NCBI GenBank assembly: GCA_945870825.1 | Contig: CAMBTM010000005.1 | Location: forward strand, 33-64,032 | DNA: 64,000 bases | Direction: 5' to 3' | From: Rhizobium sp. Q54 | Lineage (GTDB): Bacteria > Pseudomonadota > Alphaproteobacteria > UBA7879 > VGCX01 | In this document: positions 37,989 through 48,562 of the stretch, piece by piece | Layout of the letters: every line of letters begins with the position of its first letter | Position numbering within the stretch: the stretch's first letter is position 1 | Notes under the pieces: generated by a model | What the model saw: the letters and a program-made list of their open reading frames with translations, nothing else | What the model was told of the DNA's origin: nothing | The model's database searches: none | Made by a program: the position numbers and the translations under genes

Positions 37989-38948
37989 GTGTCTATAAAA
38001 CATCATAACACTCCAAAGCACATTCCGGTCATGGTGGAACCTGTCATGCGCGTGCTGGCGCCCAATGAAAAAGGATCCTATATCGATGGGACTTTTGGCG
38101 CCGGAGGCTATACAGAAAGAATGCTTGAAACATCATCCCGGGTCATTGCATTTGACAGAGACCCTGATGCCATAGCGAGAGGAAAAGATCTGAAAGATCG
38201 TTACGCAGACCGATTGTGTCTTGTCCATGATACCTACGGGGCAATGGAAGAGGTGGTCGCAGACAACCAGTGGGGGCCCATCGATGGGGTCGTCTTAGAC
38301 CTTGGTGTGTCCTCACCTCAATTAGATGAAGCCCTTCGGGGCTTTTCGTTTCAACAGGATGGTCCTTTGGACATGCGTATGTCCAAAGAAGGTGTTACTG
38401 CTGCCCATATCTTGAATACATTTCCAGAAAAAGAGATTAGCAAGATTCTTTGGGCATACGGTGATGAGCAAAGATCCCGCCGCATCGCTAAGGCTATTGT
38501 TGAAAAACGTAGCGAAAAGCCGCTTGAAACGACATTTGATCTTGCAGAGTGTGTCTACAGTGTGTGTGGGCGAAAGAAAGTCCATGACAAAACAGACCCC
38601 GCCACAAAGACATTCCAAGCAATACGGATTTATATCAACGATGAGCTAGAAGAACTCCGCAAGGGCCTTGAGGCCGCGAAGAACGTATTGGCCCCTAACG
38701 GACGCCTTGTAATCGTGACGTTTCACTCGTTGGAAGATCGCATTGTAAAAAATTTCATCCGGGATAATTCGGCCTATAAACCTAAGGTATCTCGCCATGC
38801 ATCCCCCCTTGTTGATACTCTCCCCCAAGACACCATGGTCTTTATGGATTGTTCTAGAAAAGCTTTAAAACCCTCTGAAGAAGAAATCAGAAATAATCCC
38901 CGTGCCCGTTCTGCCCAACTGCGATGGGCCATTAAAGGAAAGGCTTAA
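37989..38948 (+). CDS. rsmH: 16S rRNA m4C1402 methyltransferase
   Basis: HIPVM, DGTFGAGGY, DLGVSSPQLD, GPLDMRM, FHSLEDRIVK, NPRARSA.LR. Confidence 0.97.
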   Translation: MSIKHHNTPKHIPVMVEPVMRVLAPNEKGSYIDGTFGAGGYTERMLETSSRVIAFDRDPDAIARGKDLKDRYADRLCLVHDTYGAMEEVVADNQWGPIDGVVLDLGVSSPQLDEALRGFSFQQDGPLDMRMSKEGVTAAHILNTFPEKEISKILWAYGDEQRSRRIAKAIVEKRSEKPLETTFDLAECVYSVCGRKKVHDKTDPATKTFQAIRIYINDELEELRKGLEAAKNVLAPNGRLVIVTFHSLEDRIVKNFIRDNSAYKPKVSRHASPLVDTLPQDTMVFMDCSRKALKPSEEEIRNNPRARSAQLRWAIKGKA

Positions 38949-38954
38949 CGACCC

Positions 38955-39314
38955 ATGCGCTCTCAAATACTTCGTAACATCACAGCCCTTTCTTTTCTAC
39001 TGAGTGCTATGCTTGGGTGCATTATCTATCAGATTAAGCATCGTGTTTTAGATCTTGAAAAGAATATGCATACCCTGAACCGCGATATTATTGACACCAA
39101 CGAAGGGCTGCATATTTTGAAAGCCGAATGGGGGTATTTGAATCAACCCAAACGCTTGCAAGCACTGAACAACAAGTATCTTCAATTGCGGTCCATAGGA
39201 CATACCCAAGTTGCATCTTATCAAACCTTACCAACCCTTATTGCATCAGCCCGTGGCAGAAGTGATAATCGGGTTCTTATAGCAACCGCTCCACAAAAAG
39301 TGATGATAACTTAA
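38955..39314 (+). CDS. ftsL: Cell division protein FtsL
   Basis: TM segment plus coiled coil, LKAEWGYLNQP.RL. Position in the dcw cluster. Confidence 0.88.
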   Translation: MRSQILRNITALSFLLSAMLGCIIYQIKHRVLDLEKNMHTLNRDIIDTNEGLHILKAEWGYLNQPKRLQALNNKYLQLRSIGHTQVASYQTLPTLIASARGRSDNRVLIATAPQKVMIT

Positions 39315-41014
39315 TGAGTGCCTCCAACCTTTTTTGGTCCCAAGATGCGCGCCTTTTTCAAAGCCCAGACACTCTTGAAACAAAGCAAGCCCACAGCCGA
39401 TCCTTAGTCCTTTTCTTATTTTTAGGCATTCTCTTTAGCATGGTACTTGGAAAAATTACCCAGTTGATGGTTTTGCACAGTGCAGAACAAGAACGTAATG
39501 CCTCCCTTCTTCCAACAACCTTAATCGGACGGGGCAATATCACAGACCGTAACGGGAATATTTTGGCAACCAGCCTCATTACAGGATCTGCCTACGCCAA
39601 TCCTCAAGATATTTTGAATGCAGAGGAAGCAGCCCGGAAATTGTCAACCCTTTTCCCAACGTTGCAGTACGAAGAACTGTATCAAAAATTGACGGGATCA
39701 AAAACGTTTACATGGATTAAGCGGAATTTAACGCCCCAACAACAGCAAGCCATTAACCAGTTGGGTATTCCAGGGATTTATTTCCAGCGGGAAGAAAAAC
39801 GTATTTATCCTTATGATAAGCTTTCTGCCCACGTTGTGGGTTTCACAGATGTGGATAACAATGGTATTTCCGGCGTTGAGAAATATTTTGATGAAGCTTT
39901 ACGAGAAAATGGTTCGAACATCGAGCTTGCTCTTGATATTCGGGCCCAACACATTTTGTATGATGAAATGCTTCAAGGCATGCAGAAGTTTAGCGCCAAA
40001 GCAGCCAGTGGCATTATTCTGGACGCCACCAATGGAGAAATCATTGCTATGGTTTCTCTGCCAGACTTTGACCCCAACCAGCCTCACAAATCTGACAATA
40101 ATAGCATCTTCAATACGAATACGCTTGGTATCTATGAAATGGGGTCTGTCTTTAAAATTTTTACCCTTGCTATGGCGTTAGATGCGGGGAAAATTAATTT
40201 AAACAGTGGCTACGACACCGCCAAAGAATTTAAGGTGGGGGGACACAAAATTAAGGATCTTTACCCTAAAAACCGCTGGCTTTCTGTGCCTGAAATCTTT
40301 ATGTACTCCTCCAACATTGGGTCTGTCAAAATGGCTCTTGAAGTGGGGCCTGAAAAACAAAGAGAGTTCTTGGACAAAATGGGGCTTTTGGCCCCAAGCA
40401 CGTTAGAATTGCCAGAAATGGGCAAACCCCAGGCACCAGGACGTTGGGGTGATGTCAGTGCTGCAACAATTTCATATGGATACGGTGTTGCTGTCAGTCC
40501 TTTGCAAATGGTCAATGGTGTTGCTGCCATCATCAATGGGGGTATCTTGAGAAAATCAACCCTTCTGGTCAATGGCAACAAGGAAGCCGCTGAAAAGAAA
40601 GTCATCTCAGCTGCAACGTCTGAAAAAATGCGCCGCTTACTCCATCTGTCCGTCAAAGAAGGAACCGGTAAAAAGGGGGATGCTGATGGATACTTGGTGG
40701 GTGGAAAAACAGGAACAGCCAACAAAACCAGTGGCAAGGGATATGTAAAACAGAATCATCACCGGTCTTTGTTTGTCGGGGCCTTCCCCATGCTTGAACC
40801 CCGTTATGTGATCCTTGTCATGTTGGATGAACCAAAAGGAACCAAAGAAACCTTCGGATTTTCAACGGGTGGTTGGACATCGGCCCCTATCGCAGGAAAC
40901 GTCATTAAAAGAATCGCGCCTATTGTCGGTGTCTTGCCGGTGAACGAAAAGTCGGCCCCTATCCAATCCGCCATGAGAATCAATGTATCCCAAGGGACGA
41001 AAAGTGTTACGTGA
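39314..41014 (+). CDS. ftsI: Penicillin-binding protein 3
   Basis: RG.ITDRNG, EMGSVFK (SxxK), SSN, KTGT. Confidence 0.96.
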   Translation: MSASNLFWSQDARLFQSPDTLETKQAHSRSLVLFLFLGILFSMVLGKITQLMVLHSAEQERNASLLPTTLIGRGNITDRNGNILATSLITGSAYANPQDILNAEEAARKLSTLFPTLQYEELYQKLTGSKTFTWIKRNLTPQQQQAINQLGIPGIYFQREEKRIYPYDKLSAHVVGFTDVDNNGISGVEKYFDEALRENGSNIELALDIRAQHILYDEMLQGMQKFSAKAASGIILDATNGEIIAMVSLPDFDPNQPHKSDNNSIFNTNTLGIYEMGSVFKIFTLAMALDAGKINLNSGYDTAKEFKVGGHKIKDLYPKNRWLSVPEIFMYSSNIGSVKMALEVGPEKQREFLDKMGLLAPSTLELPEMGKPQAPGRWGDVSAATISYGYGVAVSPLQMVNGVAAIINGGILRKSTLLVNGNKEAAEKKVISAATSEKMRRLLHLSVKEGTGKKGDADGYLVGGKTGTANKTSGKGYVKQNHHRSLFVGAFPMLEPRYVILVMLDEPKGTKETFGFSTGGWTSAPIAGNVIKRIAPIVGVLPVNEKSAPIQSAMRINVSQGTKSVT

Positions 41015-42488
41015 TCATCTCATCGCGCATCTTCAATCACGGCAACCCATCACATGTTTTGGGCTAGAAAACCATACACCGGCCCTTGAACAACTGACCC
41101 TTGATTCAAGATATGTAAAACCCAAAAGCGTCTTTATTGCCCTCAAAGGCACCCATACAAACGGCGAAGATTTTATCTCGAAAGCCATTAAGAAAGGAGC
41201 CACTGTGATTGTGGCCTCCCTTGAAGTAGCCGAGCACTATTCATCCCTTTACCCAACCGTGTGTTTTATTGGCACAGAGAATGTCCGTCTTTTAACAAGC
41301 CATCTGAGTCAACTGTTTTACCCCCAACAGCCCGAAACGGTTGTTGCTGTCACAGGGACCAATGGGAAAACATCCACAGCAGACTTTACCCGTCAACTGT
41401 GGGAAATATTAGGGAAGAAAAGCGCAAGTCTTGGAACCCTTGGTATGCGCAGCTGTGTCTATACCCTTGAAAAACACCTAACAACCCCTGAAGCCCCCTA
41501 TCTGCATCAAACACTTCAAGACCTGCAAGTCCACGGGATTACGCATTTAGCCATGGAAGCATCCAGTCATGGCCTTGAACAACATCGATTAGAAAATGTT
41601 ACCCTCAAAGCCGCAGGGTTTACCAACATAACCCCAGAGCACTTGGATTATCACAAGACCATGGGGGAATATTTTAATGCAAAACTTATTTTATTCCAAC
41701 GCATCCTTCCAGCATCTGGCACATGCGTCTTGAACGCTGATATTCCCGAATTTGACGCCATGGTCAAAGCCTGCGGTGTCAAAACCATTTTTTCCTATGG
41801 TCAAAAAGGCAAAGACATTCATATCAAATCTATGACACCAACTGGTCATGGGCAACGGGTTTCTCTTGAGATTTTTGGAGAATCCTTTGACATAGACTTT
41901 CCCTTGATTGGGCAGTTTCAATTATATAATGCCCTTTGTGCCCTAGGCCTTGTCCTGGCGTGCGATAGAACACAGATAAAAGAGGCTGTGGCATCCCTTG
42001 AAAAATTACAAAATATTCCGGGACGCTTGGAATATATTGGATCTACAAAGGCAGGGGCCACCGTTTATATCGATTATGCCCACACACCTGATGGGGTTGA
42101 AAATCTTTTAACATCCCTTAGGCGTCACACGAAAAATCATCTTCATATTGTGTTTGGGGGGGGCGGTGATCGTGACCCCAGCACAAGGGCACCCCGGGGG
42201 GCCCTTGCCCAAAAACTTGCTGATTTTACCTATATTTGTGATGACAATCCCCGCACAGAAGACCCCATATCCATCCGTCGACAAATCCTATCAGCCTGCC
42301 CATCAGGCATCGAAATACCCGACAGAAAAGACGCCATACGTTACGCGATTTTCAGTCTAAAAACAGGAGATATTCTGGTTGTGGCTGGCAAAGGTCGCGA
42401 AGAAGGGCAATTAGTTCAAGGCCAGGTTCTCCCTTTTGATGATGCCCAGGTAATTTTGGAAACCATTCAAGAAGAGACTGATCAATGA
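40983..42488 (+). CDS. murE: UDP-MurNAc-Ala-Glu--meso-DAP ligase
   Basis: VTGTNGKTS, MEASSHGL, DYAHTPD, DNPR, AGKG. The start may be the GTG near 41004. Confidence 0.96.
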   Translation: MYPKGRKVLRDHLIAHLQSRQPITCFGLENHTPALEQLTLDSRYVKPKSVFIALKGTHTNGEDFISKAIKKGATVIVASLEVAEHYSSLYPTVCFIGTENVRLLTSHLSQLFYPQQPETVVAVTGTNGKTSTADFTRQLWEILGKKSASLGTLGMRSCVYTLEKHLTTPEAPYLHQTLQDLQVHGITHLAMEASSHGLEQHRLENVTLKAAGFTNITPEHLDYHKTMGEYFNAKLILFQRILPASGTCVLNADIPEFDAMVKACGVKTIFSYGQKGKDIHIKSMTPTGHGQRVSLEIFGESFDIDFPLIGQFQLYNALCALGLVLACDRTQIKEAVASLEKLQNIPGRLEYIGSTKAGATVYIDYAHTPDGVENLLTSLRRHTKNHLHIVFGGGGDRDPSTRAPRGALAQKLADFTYICDDNPRTEDPISIRRQILSACPSGIEIPDRKDAIRYAIFSLKTGDILVVAGKGREEGQLVQGQVLPFDDAQVILETIQEETDQ

Positions 42489-43873
42489 CTCAAAAGCCCT
42501 TATGGACCGCTGAAGAAATATGCGCTGCCACACGTAGCTCTCTTTGTTCAAGAGAATCCTGGGAAGCCTCAGGCATTACGATCAATTCGAAAGAAGTAGA
42601 AAAAGGTGATATTTTTGTCGCTATCAAAGGTGAAAAAGTAGACGGACACGATTTTCTGGAAGAAGTTTTTGAAAAAGGTGCTATTGCGGCCATCGTTGAA
42701 CATGCCCCTGCAACCAGCCATAACTACGTAGTGGTCAGGAATACGCAAGAAGCTCTCATGGATATTGGACGGGCTGCCCGCAACCGTTTGAACGGCACCA
42801 TCATTGGTGTAACCGGAAGCGCTGGAAAAACATCCACTAAAGACATGTTGGCCCTCGTTCTTGGGGCGCAAGGGAAAACGTTTGCCACAAAACGCAGTTT
42901 TAACAGTACCATCACGGCCCCCTTAAGTCTTGCCTCCACGCCTGTGGATAGTGATTACGGGGTCTTTGAGATTGGAATGAATGAACCCGGAGAAATTGCT
43001 GAACTCACAAAAATCATCCGTCCCCACATCGGTATTGTCACAACTGTTGGCGCAGGCCATCTTCAAAATTTCGCCTCTGTGGAGGATATTGCAGGGGAAA
43101 AAGCCTCGATCGTTTTAGGGGTTCCCGCCTCAGGCATTGTTATTTTGCCAGGAGATAATCCCTTTTATGGTACTCTAAAAAAAGTGGCTCAAGACCGGGG
43201 TATCGACAATATTTATGCCTTTGGGGAATCATCAACCTGTGATGCTCGCCTTCTTAAAACGACGGAAGAAAATGGCGTATATCACCATACGGTTTCAGTC
43301 CTTGGGGAAGAACATACCTTTACCCTTCACCTGCCTGGAAAACATTGGGCATTGAATGCGCTAATTTGTCTTCTCGTCATAAAAGTGCTGAAAAAAGACA
43401 TGAAGAAAGCCTGCCAGACCCTTGCAACTTACAGTCCGCCTGAACGTCGGGGTGTTCCAGTCATGCTGAAAGAGGATATTTTATTGGTGGACGAAAGTTA
43501 TAACGCCAACCCCATTTCCATGACTGTGGCCCTTGAGTCTTTTGGACTGCGCAAGATAAAGGGTAAAAAAATTGCAGTCCTTGGGGATATGCGAGAATTG
43601 GGCCATGATGCCCCAACACTCCATGCAGCATTGAAGGATGCGGTTGTAAAATCTGGGTCATCCATTCTTTTCACCTACGGCGAGAATATGGAATATCTCC
43701 ATAAAGCTATAGGAAACACCATGAAGGCCCAACATTTCAGCAGCATGGAAAAACTCATCCAAAAACTCTTTGACACAGTTCAGCCCCATGATGCTATCAT
43801 GGTAAAGTCATCGAACGGGGTGGGCTTTATTCAGATTATTAATGCCTTAAAAGAAAAACTGGCAGGGGACTAG
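42485..43873 (+). CDS. murF: UDP-MurNAc-tripeptide--D-Ala-D-Ala ligase
   Basis: [32 protein letters not shown]. Confidence 0.95.
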   Translation: MTQKPLWTAEEICAATRSSLCSRESWEASGITINSKEVEKGDIFVAIKGEKVDGHDFLEEVFEKGAIAAIVEHAPATSHNYVVVRNTQEALMDIGRAARNRLNGTIIGVTGSAGKTSTKDMLALVLGAQGKTFATKRSFNSTITAPLSLASTPVDSDYGVFEIGMNEPGEIAELTKIIRPHIGIVTTVGAGHLQNFASVEDIAGEKASIVLGVPASGIVILPGDNPFYGTLKKVAQDRGIDNIYAFGESSTCDARLLKTTEENGVYHHTVSVLGEEHTFTLHLPGKHWALNALICLLVIKVLKKDMKKACQTLATYSPPERRGVPVMLKEDILLVDESYNANPISMTVALESFGLRKIKGKKIAVLGDMRELGHDAPTLHAALKDAVVKSGSSILFTYGENMEYLHKAIGNTMKAQHFSSMEKLIQKLFDTVQPHDAIMVKSSNGVGFIQIINALKEKLAGD

Positions 43874-43875
43874 CG

Positions 43876-44967
43876 ATGTTGTATCACTTTTTCATGGACC
43901 ATGTGGACCAATACCATTTCCTGAATATTTTCAAATATATCACCTCTCGTACAGGCCTTGCCCTTTTGACCGCCCTTCTCATGGCCTTTGTCTTTGCTCC
44001 GTCTGTCATCCGGTGGTTGAAAGATCATCAAGGGAAAGGGCAACCCATTCGCAAAGAAGGTCCAGAATCCCATCTCCTAACCAAAAAAGGTACGCCCACC
44101 ATGGGAGGGCTTATCATTTTGGCTGGAACAATCGTAAGTGCCCTACTGTGGTGCAATCTTTATAACCCCTATATATGGATTGTGCTTTTTGTAACCTTTA
44201 GCCTTGGGGCTGTGGGTGCCGTTGATGATTGGATGAAAATAAAGCAGCAGAAATCTGATGCCATGTCTGCCAAAACAAAAGCGTCCCTCCAAGTCCTGAT
44301 TGCCCTTATGGCCATGATCGCCGTTCAGTACGTTATGCCAGAAACCTATCACCAGCATCTTGCCCTTCCCTTTTTCAAAAATGTTCTGATTGACCTTGGC
44401 TTTTTCTATATTCCCTTTGGACTTGTTGTGATTGTGGGGGCTTCTAATGCTGTCAACTTAACCGATGGCCTTGATGGACTTGCGATCGGTACTATTATTA
44501 TTGTCTCTCTTTGTTTTATGATTATTGCCTACCTTGTGGGAAACCATGTGTTCGCCAATTATCTCCAACTGCATTTCATCCCGCAAAGCGGTGAACTTTC
44601 CATTATCTGTGGGGCTCTGGTGGGCGCCAGTCTTGGGTTTTTATGGCACAATGCACCCCCTGCTCGTATTTTTATGGGGGATACAGGATCCCTATCCATT
44701 GGCGGGGCCCTTGCAACCATCAGTGTCATCACCAAGCATGAAATTGTCTTGTCCATCATCGGTGGTCTTTTTGTGGTTGAGGCCCTCTCTGTCATTATTC
44801 AAGTCGTTTATTTTAAGTGCACAGGGGGCAAGCGGATTTTCCTGATGGCCCCCCTCCACCACCACTTTGAGAAAAAAGGATGGACAGAACCCACCATTGT
44901 CATTCGTTTTTGGATCGTCGCCATTATCATGGCGTTGATTGGTCTTTCAACATTGAAATTAAGGTAA
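43876..44967 (+). CDS. mraY: Phospho-MurNAc-pentapeptide transferase
   Basis: [37 protein letters not shown]. Confidence 0.98.
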   Translation: MLYHFFMDHVDQYHFLNIFKYITSRTGLALLTALLMAFVFAPSVIRWLKDHQGKGQPIRKEGPESHLLTKKGTPTMGGLIILAGTIVSALLWCNLYNPYIWIVLFVTFSLGAVGAVDDWMKIKQQKSDAMSAKTKASLQVLIALMAMIAVQYVMPETYHQHLALPFFKNVLIDLGFFYIPFGLVVIVGASNAVNLTDGLDGLAIGTIIIVSLCFMIIAYLVGNHVFANYLQLHFIPQSGELSIICGALVGASLGFLWHNAPPARIFMGDTGSLSIGGALATISVITKHEIVLSIIGGLFVVEALSVIIQVVYFKCTGGKRIFLMAPLHHHFEKKGWTEPTIVIRFWIVAIIMALIGLSTLKLR

Positions 44968-46323
44968 ATGACGTCGTTCCTCGCTGACCGTTTTTCTTAC
45001 GTCTTTGGCCTTGGCAAGTCAGGCCGCTCGGCCTTGGGATATTTTCAAAAACAAAACCTTCCCGTCAAGGCGTGGGATGACACACTGGAAACGAGACAAG
45101 TCCTGGATCCAACCCTTCTGCAAGATCCTAAAGACGTAAACTGGTCCCATGTTGAAAGAATAATTCTCAGCCCCGGGATTCCCCATGAAGGGCCCAAAGC
45201 AAACCCAGCGCTTATCGCCGCCAAAGATCACAATATTCCCCTTGTGGTCGATGTGGAGCTATTTTTGGAACGTGCCCTTCGGCACCCCAATCACACCATT
45301 GTCGGGATTACAGGGACCAATGGCAAAAGTACAACCACCAGTCTTTTGACCCATCTTTTGAATCATTTGGGCAAAAAAGCCATTGCGGCGGGCAATATTG
45401 GTACGCCTGTTTTAGACCTTCCAGAAACCAATGAAGAGACCTATTACGTATTGGAATTGTCATCCTATCAATTGACGCTTCTTAAAACCCCTCGCCTTGA
45501 TGTGGCGATACTGATTAATATCACCCCTGATCATTTGGCCTATCACGGTACTATGGAGGCTTATGTGGCAGCCAAGTCATCCATCTTTGAGCAAGTACAG
45601 CATCAAAAAGGGGTGATTATTATTGATGACGCCTATACCCAACAAATTTACAAAAAGAACCCCTTCCTCATGTCTATTTCCACAGAAACAGAAGAAGGGA
45701 AGATTTCTATCCATCAAGGCATCTTGAAAGATAAAGAGAGAAATATCACCTTCACGTTACCTACCTTAAGTCAACTCCAAGGATCACATAATGCCCAAAA
45801 TATTGGGGCCTGTTATGGGGCACTCTGCCACCTTATCCCAGAAACGTTTTGTATGGAGACTTTCATAGAAGGGCTTCAGACCTTTAAGGCTTTGCCCCAT
45901 CGTCAAGAAATTGTGGCTCAAACAAACCAGGTGATCTTTGTCAATGATAGTAAAGCCACCAACATGGATGCTGCTGAAAAATCTTTAAAGACCTTTCAAA
46001 ATATCCACTGGATCCTCGGGGGTGAAGGAAAAGTGGGTGAAACCCCAGCGTCTTTAAAACATCTTTTCCCTCATGTTAAACATGTTTACTTGGTGGGATC
46101 ATCCATGGATTTTTTTGAAAAAGAAATAAGGGGCCTCATCGCCTATACGCGGTCCCATACCGTTGAACAGGCGACAGATGAAGCATTTCACCAATCCCAA
46201 AAAGGGGATGTTATTTTGCTGGCCCCTGCTTGTGCTTCCTTTGATCAATTTAAAAACTTTGAAGAACGGGGGAGTGTATTTAAAACCTGTGCCCTGAAAC
46301 TAGTGGATCAATATCATGAATGA
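44968..46323 (+). CDS. murD: UDP-MurNAc-Ala--D-Glu ligase
   Basis: GLGKSG, SPGI, ITGTNGKSTT, ELSSYQL, NDSKATN, PACASFDQF. Confidence 0.97.
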   Translation: MTSFLADRFSYVFGLGKSGRSALGYFQKQNLPVKAWDDTLETRQVLDPTLLQDPKDVNWSHVERIILSPGIPHEGPKANPALIAAKDHNIPLVVDVELFLERALRHPNHTIVGITGTNGKSTTTSLLTHLLNHLGKKAIAAGNIGTPVLDLPETNEETYYVLELSSYQLTLLKTPRLDVAILINITPDHLAYHGTMEAYVAAKSSIFEQVQHQKGVIIIDDAYTQQIYKKNPFLMSISTETEEGKISIHQGILKDKERNITFTLPTLSQLQGSHNAQNIGACYGALCHLIPETFCMETFIEGLQTFKALPHRQEIVAQTNQVIFVNDSKATNMDAAEKSLKTFQNIHWILGGEGKVGETPASLKHLFPHVKHVYLVGSSMDFFEKEIRGLIAYTRSHTVEQATDEAFHQSQKGDVILLAPACASFDQFKNFEERGSVFKTCALKLVDQYHE

Positions 46324-47440
46324 ATCTTTCTCAAGAACGGACAAAAGTCTTTTAGGGCGCTGGTGGTGGACGGTGGATCGGCCCCTTTTCTTTGCGTTCC
46401 TCACCTTGCTTATTCTTGGAATCCTTCTAAGCCTTGCAGGAAGTCCAAGCACTGCAGAACGCCTTCATATTGATTCGTTCTATTTTGTTAAAAGGCATGC
46501 CCTTCTGACGATTCCAGCGTTCTTTATTATTTTTGTGGGCTCCCTCGCCTCGCCTCGGCTGCTGCGTTACATCTGTTGGCTTGTATTAGGACTTAGCATT
46601 ATTATGTTGGTTTTCACCCCTTTCATGGGAATGGAAATTAAAGGGGCCCGCCGATGGATCCCCCTTGGTGGTTTTTCCCTTCAAGCCACAGAATTTGTAA
46701 AACCCAGCTTTATTGTGATCGCCGCTTGGCTTTTTTCACAGCAAAAAAACTATCCCGTATCTGGTCATCTTTTGTCCTTCATCCTCTACCTTGTTTTAGT
46801 CGGCCTTATTTTGATGCAACCAGACTTTGGCATGACCTTTATTATTTCGGCTACGTGGCTGATTCAAATTTTTCTAGCAGGTCTTCCGATCCTTTGGATT
46901 GTGATTCTTGGGATCCTGGGCATTGTCAGCGTGACAGGGGCGTATTTTTTCTTTCCCCATGTGGCAAGCCGTGTTGACCAGTTCTTGGACCCTAGTGTCG
47001 GGGATCAGTATCAAATTACCCAGTCTCTTGAGGCGTTTAAAAGTGGTGGGATTTTCGGCCAAGGGCCGGGAGAAGGCATCTTTAAACGCTATCTTCCTGA
47101 TGCCCACGCAGATTTTATCTTTCCCGTTGCAGCGGAGGAATTTGGTTTCTTTTTCTGTCTTTTTGTCCTGGGCCTTTATGCCTTTATCTTCACCCGGGGG
47201 ATTTATCTGATACGCCGTGAAAAGAACCTGTTCCTGGTTCTCTCACTAGGGGGCTTGGTTGCTCAGTTTACCTTGCAGTCTTTCGTCAATATGGCGTCAG
47301 CCTTGAAGTTGATCCCCACCAAAGGGATGACGTTGCCCTTTTTAAGTTACGGGGGATCATCCCTTCTTGGAACCGCCCTTGGAGCAGCCGTCATTTTAAG
47401 CATGACCCGCAAACGCACTGACGACGCGAGGATTTTCTAA
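46316..47440 (+). CDS. ftsW: Peptidoglycan glycosyltransferase FtsW
   Basis: WWWTVDR, GARRW, QPDFG, LPDAHADF, P.KGMTLPFLSYGGSS. Confidence 0.97.
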   Translation: MNESFSRTDKSLLGRWWWTVDRPLFFAFLTLLILGILLSLAGSPSTAERLHIDSFYFVKRHALLTIPAFFIIFVGSLASPRLLRYICWLVLGLSIIMLVFTPFMGMEIKGARRWIPLGGFSLQATEFVKPSFIVIAAWLFSQQKNYPVSGHLLSFILYLVLVGLILMQPDFGMTFIISATWLIQIFLAGLPILWIVILGILGIVSVTGAYFFFPHVASRVDQFLDPSVGDQYQITQSLEAFKSGGIFGQGPGEGIFKRYLPDAHADFIFPVAAEEFGFFFCLFVLGLYAFIFTRGIYLIRREKNLFLVLSLGGLVAQFTLQSFVNMASALKLIPTKGMTLPFLSYGGSSLLGTALGAAVILSMTRKRTDDARIF

Positions 47441-48546
47441 TGACAAAGCAACCCATCGTTCTTGCAGCAGGGGGCACAGGGGGCCACATCTTTCCAGCCT
47501 ATGCTTTGGCTGAGCATCTCATTAAAGAAGGTTACAAGGTTTATCTCATAACAGACCCACGGGGGGCTGACTTTAAGAATTGCCCAAAAAATTTGACCGT
47601 TCTGACCCTTCCCTTGTGCCGTAGCAAGCAGGGCATCGTGGGACATGTCCGACTTCTTTTTTCGATTTTTCTTAGTTTTTTCTTTAGTCTTATTTACCTT
47701 CTTAGAATTAATCCCAACGTCATTTTAGGATTTGGCGGATTTCCCAGTGCCCCGACCATGTTTGCTGCAATCGTTCTAAAACCTTTTAAAAATCATACTC
47801 TCATTCTTCATGAACAAAATGCCGTCTTGGGACGGGTCAATAAAATCTTCATGCCATTTGTCCACACCCTTGCCACATCATTTCCTAAAACGTGGCATGT
47901 CTTGAAAAAATTCCAAAAAAAGATTGTGGTGACTGGCAACCTGGTACGCCCTACCTTTGAAGAGATTGGGAAAAAACCTTATAAAGAACCCCTTAAAACA
48001 GGGCCCATCCACCTTCTTATTATCGGTGGTAGTCAGGGTGCCAAGATTTTTAGCACCCTCATTCCAAATACCTTATCCACGCTCCCCCCCGCTCTTCAAA
48101 AAAGACTGCGGGTGGTTCAACAAAGTCGGCCTGAGATGATTCAACAAACTAAAGAGGCCTATAAAAATCTTGGCATTCCGGCAACCGTTGAATCTTTTTT
48201 TCCCAATATCCACACCCTCATTGCAAAGGCCCATCTCATCATTTGTCGCTCTGGAGCTTCCACCCTTTTTGAGATTTCTGAGGCGAAACGTCCTGCCATT
48301 TATGTTCCCTTTCCCTATGCCATGGACAATCATCAATTCTTCAATGCAAAGGTTGTGGAAGGCTTGAAAGGTGGCTGGCTTATTCCTGAAAATGATGAAG
48401 CAAAAAAATCCCTTGAAATCTTGGTAAAAAATCTATTGGAACACCCTAAAAAGCTTGCAACAGCCGCACAAAATGTTCATGATCTGGTGGAGAAAAATAC
48501 ATGCGAATGTTTTTCCCATCTTATTAATTCGTTCAGTAAACATTAA
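47440..48546 (+). CDS. murG: Lipid II GlcNAc transferase
   Basis: AGGTGGHIFPA, HEQNAV.GR.N, GGSQGA, RSGAST. Confidence 0.97.
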   Translation: MTKQPIVLAAGGTGGHIFPAYALAEHLIKEGYKVYLITDPRGADFKNCPKNLTVLTLPLCRSKQGIVGHVRLLFSIFLSFFFSLIYLLRINPNVILGFGGFPSAPTMFAAIVLKPFKNHTLILHEQNAVLGRVNKIFMPFVHTLATSFPKTWHVLKKFQKKIVVTGNLVRPTFEEIGKKPYKEPLKTGPIHLLIIGGSQGAKIFSTLIPNTLSTLPPALQKRLRVVQQSRPEMIQQTKEAYKNLGIPATVESFFPNIHTLIAKAHLIICRSGASTLFEISEAKRPAIYVPFPYAMDNHQFFNAKVVEGLKGGWLIPENDEAKKSLEILVKNLLEHPKKLATAAQNVHDLVEKNTCECFSHLINSFSKH

Positions 48547-48562
48547 GTAAAAGAGTTTTTAT

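Noticed and set aside
42156-42163. G8 run in murE as a phase-variation tract
   Set aside because: It encodes the conserved FGxGG motif of an essential gene.
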